64,000 bases of DNA from Aquabacterium sp. (GCA_046299355.1 JBKBIO010000011.1:56948-120947); one strand, 5' to 3'; counted from the stretch's first letter, positions 1 to 9,488 are shown. Made by a program: numbers and translations. Notes: generated by a model not told the origin, from the letters alone.

Positions 1-30
1 CGATCGTTTTAAATGGGCGCTCGTTTGAAT
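1..30. promoter_or_regulatory. Possible PsrA-type (TetR family) operator half-sites upstream of acyl-CoA dehydrogenase
   Basis: CGATCGTTTTAAA (1-13, cut by window edge) and CGCTCGTTTGAA (18-29) match the right part of the PsrA-type palindrome TTCAAAC-N4-GTTTGAA. PsrA controls beta-oxidation genes in proteobacteria. Confidence 0.35.
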
Positions 31-52
31 CAGCCCCAGATCGAGGTGCCCG

Positions 53-1876
53 ATGCCGCAGTACAAAGCCCCCTTGCGCGACATGCGCTTTTTGATGAAC
101 GAGGTGTTTGACTACCCCGCTCACTACGCCAGTTTGTCCAACGGCGCGGACGCCACCCCTGACATGGTCGAAGCCATCGTCGAAGGCGCCGCCACGTTCT
201 GCGAAGAAGTTCTGGCCCCGCTGAACTTGAGCGGCGACCAGGAAGGCTGCCAGATCCACGACGGCGTGGTCACCACCCCTCAAGGCTTTAAGGAGGCCTA
301 CGGCGAGTATGTGGCGGGCGGCTGGCAGGGCTTGTCGCACCCCAAACAATATGGCGGCCAAGAGTTGCCGATGTCGCTGAATTTGATCAAGTCGGAAATG
401 ATGGGCACGGCCAACTGGTCGTTCACCATGTATCCCGGCTTGAGCCTGGGCTGCATGAACACCATCATGCAATTTGGCTCCGAGGCACAGAAGAACCTCT
501 ACATGCCACCGTTGGTCAGTGGCGAGTGGACCGGCACCATGTGCTTGACCGAGCCCCAATGCGGCACCGACCTGGGACAGGTCAAAACCAAAGCAGAGCC
601 CCAAGCCGATGGCAGCTACAAGATCAGCGGCACCAAGATCTTCATCTCTGCTGGCGAACACGACCTGTCAGACAACATCATTCACATCGTGCTGGCCCGC
701 TTGCCCAACTCCCCCAAGGGCACCAAAGGCATTTCGCTGTTCATCGTGCCCAAGTTCATCGTGAACGAAGATGGCTCGCTGGGCGCTCGCAACCACGTCA
801 AGGCGGGCGCGCTGGAGCACAAGATGGGCATTCGCGCATCGGCCACCTGCGTCATGAACTTTGACGAAGCCACCGGCTACCTGATCGCGCAACCGAATCA
901 GGGCCTGGAAGCCATGTTCACCTTCATGAACACCGCACGCATCGGCACCGCCGTGCAAGGCGTGGCCCACGCTGAGCTGTCTTATCAAGGTGCTTTGCCT
1001 TACGCCATGGAGCGCCGCTCGATGCGCGCCCTCTCTGGCAAGAAGGATGCGAACCAAGTGGCTGATGCCTTGATCTGGCACGCCGACGTGCGCCGCATGC
1101 TGTTGACCCAGAAGGCTGTGGCCGAAGGTGGCCGCGCGATGATCTACCACGCCGCCAAGTTGGCGGACCACATGGTCAACGGCATCTTGGAAAACGATCA
1201 GGCCAAGTACAACCGATACGACGACAAGCTGGGCTTTTTCACCCCCATCCTCAAGGGCTTCTTGACCGAGATGGGGCTGGAAGCCGCGAACCTGGGCATG
1301 CAAGTATTTGGCGGCCACGGCTACATCAAAGAGCATGGCATGGAGCAGATCGCGCGCGACGCCCGCATCGCCACCTTGTATGAAGGCACCACCGGCATCC
1401 AAGCGCTGGACTTGTTGGGCCGCAAGGTGCTCTTGAGCACCAAGGGCCAATGCGTGCGCGACTTCACCAAGGAGATGCTGGGCTTTGCAGCCAAGCACTG
1501 CCTGGACGGCGATCCCGTGGGCCGCATGGCGCGTGAGATGGCCAAGCGGGCCGTGCAGTGGAATGTGATCACCACACGTCTGATGCTGCGTGCAGCCAAA
1601 GACCGCGACACGGTCAGCTCGGCGTGCTACGACTACCTGATGTACTCGGGCTTTGTGACCATGGGCTACTTCTGGGCACAACAAGCGCAAAAGGCCAAGG
1701 CACTGCTGGCGTCCGGCGCGGGTAAAGAGCCCGCCGAGTTCTATCAGGCCAAGATTCAAACAGCCGAGTTCTACTTCGAGCGTCTGCTGCCTCGCGCAGA
1801 TGGCCACAAGAAAGCGATGCTGGCCCCCACCAAGGCCATCATGCAGATGGACAACGAGCATTTCAGCTTCAACTGA
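53..1876 (+). CDS. Acyl-CoA dehydrogenase (~600-aa family with extra C-terminal domain)
   Basis: MPQYKAPLRDMRF start, TMCLTEPQCGTDL, GTKIFISAGEHD, QVFGGHGYIKE and YEGTTGIQ motifs; SD GAGG upstream. Confidence 0.95.
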   Translation: MPQYKAPLRDMRFLMNEVFDYPAHYASLSNGADATPDMVEAIVEGAATFCEEVLAPLNLSGDQEGCQIHDGVVTTPQGFKEAYGEYVAGGWQGLSHPKQYGGQELPMSLNLIKSEMMGTANWSFTMYPGLSLGCMNTIMQFGSEAQKNLYMPPLVSGEWTGTMCLTEPQCGTDLGQVKTKAEPQADGSYKISGTKIFISAGEHDLSDNIIHIVLARLPNSPKGTKGISLFIVPKFIVNEDGSLGARNHVKAGALEHKMGIRASATCVMNFDEATGYLIAQPNQGLEAMFTFMNTARIGTAVQGVAHAELSYQGALPYAMERRSMRALSGKKDANQVADALIWHADVRRMLLTQKAVAEGGRAMIYHAAKLADHMVNGILENDQAKYNRYDDKLGFFTPILKGFLTEMGLEAANLGMQVFGGHGYIKEHGMEQIARDARIATLYEGTTGIQALDLLGRKVLLSTKGQCVRDFTKEMLGFAAKHCLDGDPVGRMAREMAKRAVQWNVITTRLMLRAAKDRDTVSSACYDYLMYSGFVTMGYFWAQQAQKAKALLASGAGKEPAEFYQAKIQTAEFYFERLLPRADGHKKAMLAPTKAIMQMDNEHFSFN

Positions 1877-1894
1877 TTCACTCGTCTACGGTAG

Positions 1895-1925
1895 AAAAAA
1901 AGCAAGGCCCCGAGGGGCCTTGTTC
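1895..1925. terminator. Intrinsic terminator between convergent genes
   Basis: Stem CAAGGCCC/GGGCCTTG (1903-1922) preceded by an A7 run, which is a U-tract on the minus strand. Confidence 0.75.
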
Positions 1926-1991
1926 AATTCTTGCGTGAGCAAGACAAGCAATGAAACGGGTGCAATTAGGGCGAGCCGACCATACGCCAAC

Positions 1992-2978
1992 TCATTTCGC
2001 CCAGTGTTGAAACAGGAATTCGGCTTGACGGCGTAAGGCCGCGTCTGCGCTGGGCATGAAGGCGGCGTGCACATGAAACACATGCCAACGCTGCAGGTAC
2101 ACCTCGAGCTCGGCATGACGCCCTTCTTGTGCCAAAGCCTGCGACGCCCAGATGGCATCGTCGTAGAGGACCTCGTCCTCGCCCACCTGAATCAAGCTGG
2201 GAGGATAGGCCGCCAAGCTCAATCGCTTGGGATCCGACAAGGGGTGGTTGGCTGGCATCTGCATCCACTTCACGGCCTGCTGCCCCCAACTGCGATTGAT
2301 CAAAGGGTCTTTGTGATGCCGCTCTCGCATGCTTTGGGTATCCAGATTCAAATCCAAAGCAGGTGACATCATCACCAAGGCTGCAGGCTGCGGCAATCCA
2401 GCCGCTATCGCCGCCGTTGGCAACATGAAGGTCATGGAACCGCCTGCAGAGTCGCCCGCCACCGCAATACGCTTGGCCGAGAAGCCTTGCTGCAACATAT
2501 AGCGGTAAGTTTTGATGGCGTCTTCTATCGGTGCGGGAAAGGGATGCTCGGGCACACGACGATAGTCGGGCACAAACACTTCAGCCTGCGTCAATTTGGC
2601 CAGGCGTGTGGTGATGCTGCGATGACTCCGCGCACTGCCCACGCAAAACGCCCCACCGTGGCAATACAGAATCGCGTGCCGAGGCTTGACACCCTTAGGA
2701 CGGATGCGCTCCATGGGCAGGCCCTGGACCGTCACCCGATCGATGCTGACACCACCCACGCCGGGCATGCTGGAGGCCAACGTATGCATCACGCCTCGCT
2801 GCACCGCCAACGGCACGACAGGCCGCATGACCGGCTTGAATAGCGCGAAGAGAGACGCCCGCAGCAGGCCGGACATCAGTCGCTCCTGGATACCCTTGGG
2901 CGGTACGTAGTGGCGCACGATGGGCTCCGCACCGTCGTGCTGTTCTGCTCTTGCTTGGTGTTTCAAATTCGATCGCAT
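1992..2978 (-). CDS. Alpha/beta hydrolase, HSL-type esterase/lipase
   Basis: HGGAF oxyanion motif, DYRRVPEHPFP, nucleophile GDSAG, E-x-L-x-DD and WHVF. Confidence 0.92.
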   Translation of the reverse strand: MRSNLKHQARAEQHDGAEPIVRHYVPPKGIQERLMSGLLRASLFALFKPVMRPVVPLAVQRGVMHTLASSMPGVGGVSIDRVTVQGLPMERIRPKGVKPRHAILYCHGGAFCVGSARSHRSITTRLAKLTQAEVFVPDYRRVPEHPFPAPIEDAIKTYRYMLQQGFSAKRIAVAGDSAGGSMTFMLPTAAIAAGLPQPAALVMMSPALDLNLDTQSMRERHHKDPLINRSWGQQAVKWMQMPANHPLSDPKRLSLAAYPPSLIQVGEDEVLYDDAIWASQALAQEGRHAELEVYLQRWHVFHVHAAFMPSADAALRRQAEFLFQHWAK

Positions 2979-2982
2979 GGCA

Positions 2983-3825
2983 TCACCCCATCATGCCTTT
3001 CTTGGCAAACCAGGTTGTGAGCGGCTGGTAGGATGCCCCGAACAGTCGGACCACCTTGTCCAGGAACTTGGCATCTGGGCCCACCAAGACGCGGCGCTGG
3101 TTGCGCTGAACGGCTCGCAGAATCTGCTTCGCAGCGCTGTCTGCCGAGGTGGTGTTGAGCAATTGGTCAAATCGCTGGCGTGCAGCCTCTGCATCGATCC
3201 CGGTCTTGGCTGCCATAGATGGGTCAATGCGCGCGGCCATGGCGATGTTGGTGCGAATGCCACCGGGGTGGACACAGGTGGCGCTGACGCCGCATGCCTC
3301 CATGTCCAACTCTTGCCGCAAAGCTTCTGTGAAGCCACGCACCGCAAACTTGCTGGCGTTATAGGTCCCCTGCGTCGGTACCGCCAACAAACCAAATAAG
3401 CTGGACGTGTTGACGATGTGCCCCTCTCCCGCCGCTTTCAAGTGCGGCAAGAAGGCTTTGGTTCCCCAGACCACACCCCAGAAGTTGATCCCCATGATCC
3501 ACTCGAAATCTTCTGGTTTGACGATGTCGATGGTGGCACCCAGCGCCACCCCCGCATTGTTGAAGAGCAGGTTCACACGACCGTGATCCCCCACAACTTG
3601 GTCGGCCCACGCCTCCATTTGAGCGCGATCGGCCACGTTCACGGCTGCCGTGGTGACTTTCACGCCCAACTTGCCGACCATGTGAGCGGTTTCGGCCAAG
3701 CCTTTGGCGTTGACGTCGCTGAGCGCCAGGTGACACCCCTGCGCAGCCAGGTTCAAAGCCAAGGTTCGCCCCATGCCTGACGCGGCACCCGTGATGGCGG
3801 CGACTTTGTTATTGAAATTCTTCAT
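2983..3825 (-). CDS. Short-chain dehydrogenase/reductase
   Basis: TGAASGMG, NNAG and YNASK motifs; start trimmed to MKNFNNK at 3825. Confidence 0.93.
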   Translation of the reverse strand: MKNFNNKVAAITGAASGMGRTLALNLAAQGCHLALSDVNAKGLAETAHMVGKLGVKVTTAAVNVADRAQMEAWADQVVGDHGRVNLLFNNAGVALGATIDIVKPEDFEWIMGINFWGVVWGTKAFLPHLKAAGEGHIVNTSSLFGLLAVPTQGTYNASKFAVRGFTEALRQELDMEACGVSATCVHPGGIRTNIAMAARIDPSMAAKTGIDAEAARQRFDQLLNTTSADSAAKQILRAVQRNQRRVLVGPDAKFLDKVVRLFGASYQPLTTWFAKKGMMG

Positions 3826-3854
3826 CGGACTCACAGGGGCCAAGGCCCTCGACT

Positions 3855-3964
3855 CGTTTCTGATCTGACACAAACCTCGTGTTGACCACGATGTCGCGCG
3901 CATCAACCTAGGGCAAGATGCGCGCGGTCACGCGCAAGAAACCAGCCGAGTCAGATCAGGAACG
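3855..3964. repeat. Nested long inverted repeat upstream of the SDR gene
   Basis: CGTTTCTGATCTGAC (3855-3869) pairs with GTCAGATCAGGAACG (3950-3964) at 14/15; inner CGCGCGCATC (3895-3904) pairs perfectly with GATGCGCGCG (3917-3926). Confidence 0.75.
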
Positions 3965-4110
3965 TCGCGCCATCAGCACGACGCCCCCTCAAAAAGGGGC
4001 TCTGATCGATCCGCGCGCGGCCACAGCTCGATACAGGCATGAGAATCCCGTATCTTGCGTGACAAGTGTATTTTTATGCGTCACGGAACTTGTCTCCTCG
4101 GTCAGAATCA

Positions 4111-4166
4111 TCTGACAACGACCGGTTTCAAAAATAGTATTTGACAATGCCTGTTTCCAAAAATAG
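4111..4166. promoter_or_regulatory. Tandem 27-bp imperfect direct repeats, probable TetR operators
   Basis: TCTGACAACGACCGGTTTCAAAAATAG (4111-4137) and TTTGACAATGCCTGTTTCCAAAAATAG (4140-4166); the second overlaps the TetR start. Confidence 0.55.
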
Positions 4167-4839
4167 GGTAAACCCACCCTCCCCCGTCAATACGGGGAAT
4201 ACCGGCCGCCGCTACGGCGGCATCGACTCAGAAGAGCGCCAGCGTCAACGCAAAGCGCGACTGGTCGAGGCGGGGCTGACCGTTTTTGGCGAAAAGGGCT
4301 TCCATCAGTCCACCGTGCGTGACGTGTGCAAGGCCGCGCAGTTGACCTCTCGCTACTTTTACGAGTCGTTCGACAGCATGGAAGACCTCTTCCGGGCGGT
4401 CTACACCACGGTCAGCAAACAGCTGATGCAAGCCACGGTGATGTCATTGGCGAGCTGCTCTCCCGAGCCAGAAAAGCTCGCCGCCGCCGGCCTGCGTACC
4501 TTTTACGAATACATCCGTGAAGATACTCACCGCGCTCGTGTGATGCTGATCGACGCGTTCACCGTCGGTGAGTTGATGTACCAACACACCTCCCAGACCA
4601 ATCAGGATTTCGCGCACCTGATCATGGGCATCATGGAGCAGCAGTTTCCGGGCCTCGAGAAACTTGGCCTCAACATCAAGAGCATCGCCGATGGATTGGT
4701 GGGCGCCAACAACCAGATTGCATCCACTTGGGTTGCGGATCGCTGCAAAACCCCTCTGGACGATGTCCTGCGTAACTCACTGATGATTTACGAAGCATGC
4801 ATCGACTTTGCCAGAAAGCACAGCACAGCCACCAACTGA
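4147..4839 (+). CDS. TetR/AcrR family transcriptional regulator
   Basis: RRYGG..ERQRQRKARLVEAGL..FGEKGF..TVRDVCKAAQLTSRYFYESF helix-turn-helix; divergent from the SDR-esterase genes; start uncertain. Confidence 0.92.
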   Translation: MPVSKNRVNPPSPVNTGNTGRRYGGIDSEERQRQRKARLVEAGLTVFGEKGFHQSTVRDVCKAAQLTSRYFYESFDSMEDLFRAVYTTVSKQLMQATVMSLASCSPEPEKLAAAGLRTFYEYIREDTHRARVMLIDAFTVGELMYQHTSQTNQDFAHLIMGIMEQQFPGLEKLGLNIKSIADGLVGANNQIASTWVADRCKTPLDDVLRNSLMIYEACIDFARKHSTATN

Positions 4840-4846
4840 CCTCATA

Positions 4847-7144
4847 TCAGGGACGGCTGGTTAATTCATCCACCAGCCGCATGAGTCGATTGACGTCGAT
4901 CGGCTTGGTCACGTAATCGACAAAGCCCGCCGCACGCCCACGCTCAAGGTCCTGGGCCATGGCATTGGCACTGACCGCCACCACCGGGATGTCTCGGGTG
5001 TGCGCATCTTCTCGCAAGCATTGCATCACCGAGAAGCCATCCATATCTGGCAGGTTGATATCCAGCAGAATCAAGTCCGGATGATGCTCTCGCGCCATTT
5101 CCAAACCGATGGTGGGCAACGAGGCCGTCAGCAACCTGACCCCAGACACCATCCTCATGACACTCTCGATCAATTGGAGGTTGGTGGGATTGTCCTCAAT
5201 ACACAGCACCGTACGCGCCTGGACAGGCGTTTCAGCAGACTTGGCCTCACACCCCAACGGAGCTGGTGCAGCTTTGATCACGCCCGGCTCGGCCCGCGCC
5301 AGACGGATCCAGAAGGTTGATCCTTCCCCTGGCGTGCTGCTCACACCGATCTCCCCCTGCATCAACTCCATCAAGCGTCGACTCAGTGCCAGACCAATAC
5401 CTGTCCCTTCAATCTGGCGTTGATCGGCACCCAAACGCTCAAAAGGCACGAATAGGCGAGATTGCTCGTCCGGCGTGAGGCCGGCACCTTGATCCTTGAC
5501 ACGAATAGAAACCTGCCCCATCTGATGATCACAATCAATCAGAACCGAGCCATGATCACGATTGAATTTGACTGCGTTAGACAGCAGATTCAGCAGGACT
5601 TGCTTCAACCGGACACGGTCGCCTCGCACGAAGAGCGCCTCATCACAGGGCAGGATCTCGACATGCACCTGCCTGGATTGCGCCTGCGGTGCGATCAAGT
5701 CAAGGCACTCTTGGAGTAATTCCGAAATACGAATCCACTCCATGCTCACAGTCATCTGCCCTGATTCCACGCGAGCCAGATCCAGTACCTCGTTGATCAA
5801 CGTGAGCAAGTGCCCACCACCGGACAAGATCTGCTGTGTGTAAGTTTGCTGCGCCGATTCACGAACAGACAACTGCAGCAATTGACCAAAGCCCAAAATG
5901 GCATTGAGTGGCGTTCGCAACTCATGGCTCATGCGCGAGAGGAAGTCGCTCTTCGCTTGATTGGCTCGCTCCGCCTCAGTCTTGGCTCGCAATAGCTCGG
6001 TAGTTCGATCGGTGACTCTGCGCTCCAACTCATCGTTCAATTTGGAGAGACTGTCCTGCATGCGCTTGCGCGAGGTGATGTCGCGGGAGACCACCAGATA
6101 AGTGGGGACCAACGAACCTGGTACGACTTTTCTGGCCACAGAGAGCTCAAACCACAACTGTCCTGCAGGCACTTCGAGCATCACCTCTTTGCCCCACACC
6201 CCACCTCTGGTGGCGGCTTCGGCAAGCGTCTGGTGGACGGCTTGCGCAGCCGGAGCGGGCAGGACCTGGTCCACGGTCCGACCGATCAACCCCTCAGGCG
6301 CGCTCACCAACAACTCCGGGCGATTGGTCATGACCCGTAGATACTTGCCATGGGCGTCCAGTTCGAACAACAAGTCCGGCATGGCCTTCCAGGTGGCCAC
6401 CAAATCCTGCCGCAGCTCTTCGAATCCCTCGGCCAGAACCTGAACCTCGCGTGCGCCCTCCTTGGGAATCTCGACATCGAGTCGCCCACTACTCAAAGCA
6501 TCGGCAACCTGATCCAAGCGGGCCAAGGGTTTCGTCACATAGCGCCCCAGCAACCAGACCACTCCTGCAAAAATCAGCGTGAGGCCCAGCAGATCGGGAA
6601 TGCGACCAACCAATTCCGAATGGATCACCTGCTGACGACCCAGGGACAAATCGTAGGCAACAAAGACAAGCCCTCGCCGTTGTGTTCGAACCTCCTCCGA
6701 ACTGGGCGTAAAGGAGAACGACTGCACGGCATCCAGATGCAAACCATCCGCGCTACGGATTGCGTCAGGCGCACGCGACTGGAGCGCCTTGCTGACGCGC
6801 GCTGAGTCAATATGAGGCAAGACTTCTGTAATGCGTCTGCCGACCCAAGCCAGCCGATGCGACTGCAGCACCACCCCTTCATCATCGAGGACGACAGCGG
6901 CAACCACCGGCGTTTCACTCGCAATTTGTGCGAGATCGGCCGCAATCAAACCCTGGTTGACGGGCCAGCCGCGGTCGGCCAGTCGCACCAACCTGGCCAC
7001 ATCGGACAGCAAGTCGTACTGGGCATTCTGCTCAAGCTGCTTCTGATGGCGATGAATGCTGTATGAAACGGAGCTGATGCTGACGACCGCCCATGCCGCT
7101 ACAAAAATAAAGGGCAACCAAAATCTCAGTGAGGGTGACCTCAT
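4847..7144 (-). CDS. Hybrid sensor histidine kinase/response regulator (TM-periplasmic-TM-HAMP-PAS-HisKA-HATPase-REC)
   Basis: H-box SHELRTPLNAI, N-box LLNLLSNAVKF, DQGAG, GTGIGL; receiver IEDN..LLDINLP..TKP; two TM helices. Confidence 0.95.
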   Translation of the reverse strand: MRSPSLRFWLPFIFVAAWAVVSISSVSYSIHRHQKQLEQNAQYDLLSDVARLVRLADRGWPVNQGLIAADLAQIASETPVVAAVVLDDEGVVLQSHRLAWVGRRITEVLPHIDSARVSKALQSRAPDAIRSADGLHLDAVQSFSFTPSSEEVRTQRRGLVFVAYDLSLGRQQVIHSELVGRIPDLLGLTLIFAGVVWLLGRYVTKPLARLDQVADALSSGRLDVEIPKEGAREVQVLAEGFEELRQDLVATWKAMPDLLFELDAHGKYLRVMTNRPELLVSAPEGLIGRTVDQVLPAPAAQAVHQTLAEAATRGGVWGKEVMLEVPAGQLWFELSVARKVVPGSLVPTYLVVSRDITSRKRMQDSLSKLNDELERRVTDRTTELLRAKTEAERANQAKSDFLSRMSHELRTPLNAILGFGQLLQLSVRESAQQTYTQQILSGGGHLLTLINEVLDLARVESGQMTVSMEWIRISELLQECLDLIAPQAQSRQVHVEILPCDEALFVRGDRVRLKQVLLNLLSNAVKFNRDHGSVLIDCDHQMGQVSIRVKDQGAGLTPDEQSRLFVPFERLGADQRQIEGTGIGLALSRRLMELMQGEIGVSSTPGEGSTFWIRLARAEPGVIKAAPAPLGCEAKSAETPVQARTVLCIEDNPTNLQLIESVMRMVSGVRLLTASLPTIGLEMAREHHPDLILLDINLPDMDGFSVMQCLREDAHTRDIPVVAVSANAMAQDLERGRAAGFVDYVTKPIDVNRLMRLVDELTSRP

Positions 7145-8133
7145 ACCTGCTCCGGTAAATATCCCGAATCACACAAGGCACTCAAGGTGGGCGGCGATCG
7201 CAACAGTTTGGCTTTGGTCAGAATATCGCCCACCGATCGGGCCGCCGACACCAAACCCGGGGCATGCCCCCCCAGCCAGCGTCGATTTTGGACCACATCG
7301 GGAATTCGAATCCCCTCAAATGCGGCCGCCAATTCCACTTCACTCAAACGCAACCGCGGCGCCATCAAGCGAGCGGCCTCTTGTGGCCTCGATCGCATGA
7401 ATTCCGCGGCCTTGAAATAGCCCGCTAACAAGGCCCGACTGGCTTCTGGATACTCCGACAGCACCTCACCATAGGCCACCAATACATCCACAATCAACCC
7501 AGGAAATTGACTGCTGTCGAGCATCGACACCCCGCCCTTGGCGCGCACCTGCTGAGCCATGGGTTCAAACGTGATGATGGCATCGACCTCGCCACGCTGA
7601 AACGCGTGAACATGCCGATCAAGCATCACCTCGACCTTGTCCACATCTGCCAAGGTCAAACCGGCGGATTCCAGCAGCTTGGCCAACATCAAGGCCCCTA
7701 CTGCAGTCGACTCAACACCGATCCGCTTGCCTCTCAAATCGGTCAAATGTCTGATCTCTGGCTTGACCAGCACCGCATCGGCGCCATAAGACTCATCAAA
7801 GACCAAGATCGCCTTGACGTCGACGCCACCGTCTCGGGCCAAAAGAAACTCATCGAGCGTGAGGGCCGCCATGCCGACCTCTCGATTGCTCAAAGCCATC
7901 ATGCTGGCGGTGTTGGTGGGCACCTCGACCAGTCGAACCTGCGCGTCATGAAAATAGTTCAATTCACGCGCCAGGAACAGCAACTCATAACCGACCCAGA
8001 CGTGGGAAGACACTTTCAAAGGCGGAAGGGGCTGCTGACAGCCGGGCAACCAAGCCGCGCCCAAAGCGCAACCGGCCGTGAGCGCCCATGGCATCCCCTT
8101 TAACAGATCGCGACGATTCATAGGTCTGGTCAT
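7141..8133 (-). CDS. NitT/TauT (NMT1/SsuA-like) substrate-binding protein, Tat-exported lipoprotein
   Basis: NRRDLLK twin-arginine motif, lipobox-like LPGC, WVGY..LFLA, DLRGKRIGVE; 4-bp overlap with the kinase start. Start 8133 or 8121. Confidence 0.85.
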   Translation of the reverse strand: MTRPMNRRDLLKGMPWALTAGCALGAAWLPGCQQPLPPLKVSSHVWVGYELLFLARELNYFHDAQVRLVEVPTNTASMMALSNREVGMAALTLDEFLLARDGGVDVKAILVFDESYGADAVLVKPEIRHLTDLRGKRIGVESTAVGALMLAKLLESAGLTLADVDKVEVMLDRHVHAFQRGEVDAIITFEPMAQQVRAKGGVSMLDSSQFPGLIVDVLVAYGEVLSEYPEASRALLAGYFKAAEFMRSRPQEAARLMAPRLRLSEVELAAAFEGIRIPDVVQNRRWLGGHAPGLVSAARSVGDILTKAKLLRSPPTLSALCDSGYLPEQV

Positions 8134-8325
8134 TGCATTGTGGTGATCAACCCCGACCGCCCTCGACTCGACCACGCGACGGGATAAAGAGTTTCTAGGC
8201 TGGCGATCTGTTTCACAACCGGGTTTGCGCCGAATGTTGTCAGACAATGACGACATGTCGGGACTAAGATCGGCGTCCTTAGCCTAGATCAAATCGGCAA
8301 AAGCTTGACGGAAATTGAACTGAAT

Positions 8326-9468
8326 ATGAAAAACACACTGCGCAGCCTGGCCTTGGCCCTGCTGGCCCCGCTCTCGGCAATGGCCAACACACCTGTTGCC
8401 GCCCCCCCCGCCTTAACCAACAAAGCCTACGTGGTGATGGACTATCACACGGGGCGCGTTCTGGCCGAGTCCAATTCGAATCAGCCCTTGCCACCGGCCT
8501 CGATGACCAAGATGATGACCAGCTACCTGGTTGAGCAGGCGCTGAAGTCCGGCAAGATCAAAGAGTCTGACCAGGTTCGCGTGAGTGAATACGCCTGGTG
8601 CCGGGGCACCAATGCAGAATCTTGTATGTATCTGCCCTTGAATGGCTCGGCGTCCGTTCTGGACATGCTGCGCGGCATCATCATTCAGTCGGGCAACGAT
8701 GCATCCAAGGCCGTGGCTGAGCATTTGGCTGGTACGGAAGCCTCGTTTGCAGGCATGATGAACCAAGAGGCACAACGCCTGGGCATGAAGAACACCCACT
8801 TCATGAACGCCACAGGCATGCCCGACCCGCAGCACCGCGCCTCTGCCCATGACTTGGCCTTGTTGGCACAAGCCATTATTCGCGATAGCGCCCACTACTA
8901 CCCGATCTACGCCGAAAAAGAGTTCACCTACAACGGCATCAAGCAAGGCAACCGCAACGCCCTGCTCTACACCGACCCCAGCGTCGACGGGCTGAAAACC
9001 GGCCATACCGAGGAAGCCGGGTACTGTTTGACCGCCTCTGCGCAGCGCAACGGCATGCGTGTGATCTCTGTGGTGATGGGGACCAAGAGCATGCAAGACC
9101 GCGCCGACCAGACGCGCGCTCTGTTCAACTGGGCCTTTGCCACGTGGGAAACCGTTCGCCCCGTGGCGGCGAACACCATGCTGACCCAGGCCGCCGTGAA
9201 GTTCGGCAAGGTCGACACGGTGCAAGCGGGCGTGACGCAAGAAGTCCTGGCGACCATTCCTCGCGGCCAGGCCAGCGGCATCCAGACAGAAACCCAATTG
9301 AACCCAGACATCACCGCCCCCATCGACAAGGGCGCTGTGATTGGCAAGGTCCTGGTCACCCTCAACGGCCAAACTGTCGGGGAGCAAGCCTTGGTTGCAC
9401 TGGAACCCGTGGAGGAGGCCGGCTTCTTCAAGAAGTTGTGGCAACGCATCTTGAGCTGGTTCAAGTAA
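8326..9468 (+). CDS. dacA: D-alanyl-D-alanine carboxypeptidase (PBP5/6, peptidase S11), motifs intact
   Basis: SMTK, SGN and KTG motifs, signal peptide, C-terminal amphipathic helix GFFKKLWQRILSWFK. Confidence 0.93.
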   Translation: MKNTLRSLALALLAPLSAMANTPVAAPPALTNKAYVVMDYHTGRVLAESNSNQPLPPASMTKMMTSYLVEQALKSGKIKESDQVRVSEYAWCRGTNAESCMYLPLNGSASVLDMLRGIIIQSGNDASKAVAEHLAGTEASFAGMMNQEAQRLGMKNTHFMNATGMPDPQHRASAHDLALLAQAIIRDSAHYYPIYAEKEFTYNGIKQGNRNALLYTDPSVDGLKTGHTEEAGYCLTASAQRNGMRVISVVMGTKSMQDRADQTRALFNWAFATWETVRPVAANTMLTQAAVKFGKVDTVQAGVTQEVLATIPRGQASGIQTETQLNPDITAPIDKGAVIGKVLVTLNGQTVGEQALVALEPVEEAGFFKKLWQRILSWFK

Positions 9469-9488
9469 TCCAGACAGATTTTCGTTTC

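Noticed and set aside
3835-3990. Long hairpin as 6S RNA
   Set aside because: Shape is loosely similar, but I see no 6S sequence motifs and no zapA/ygfA context.
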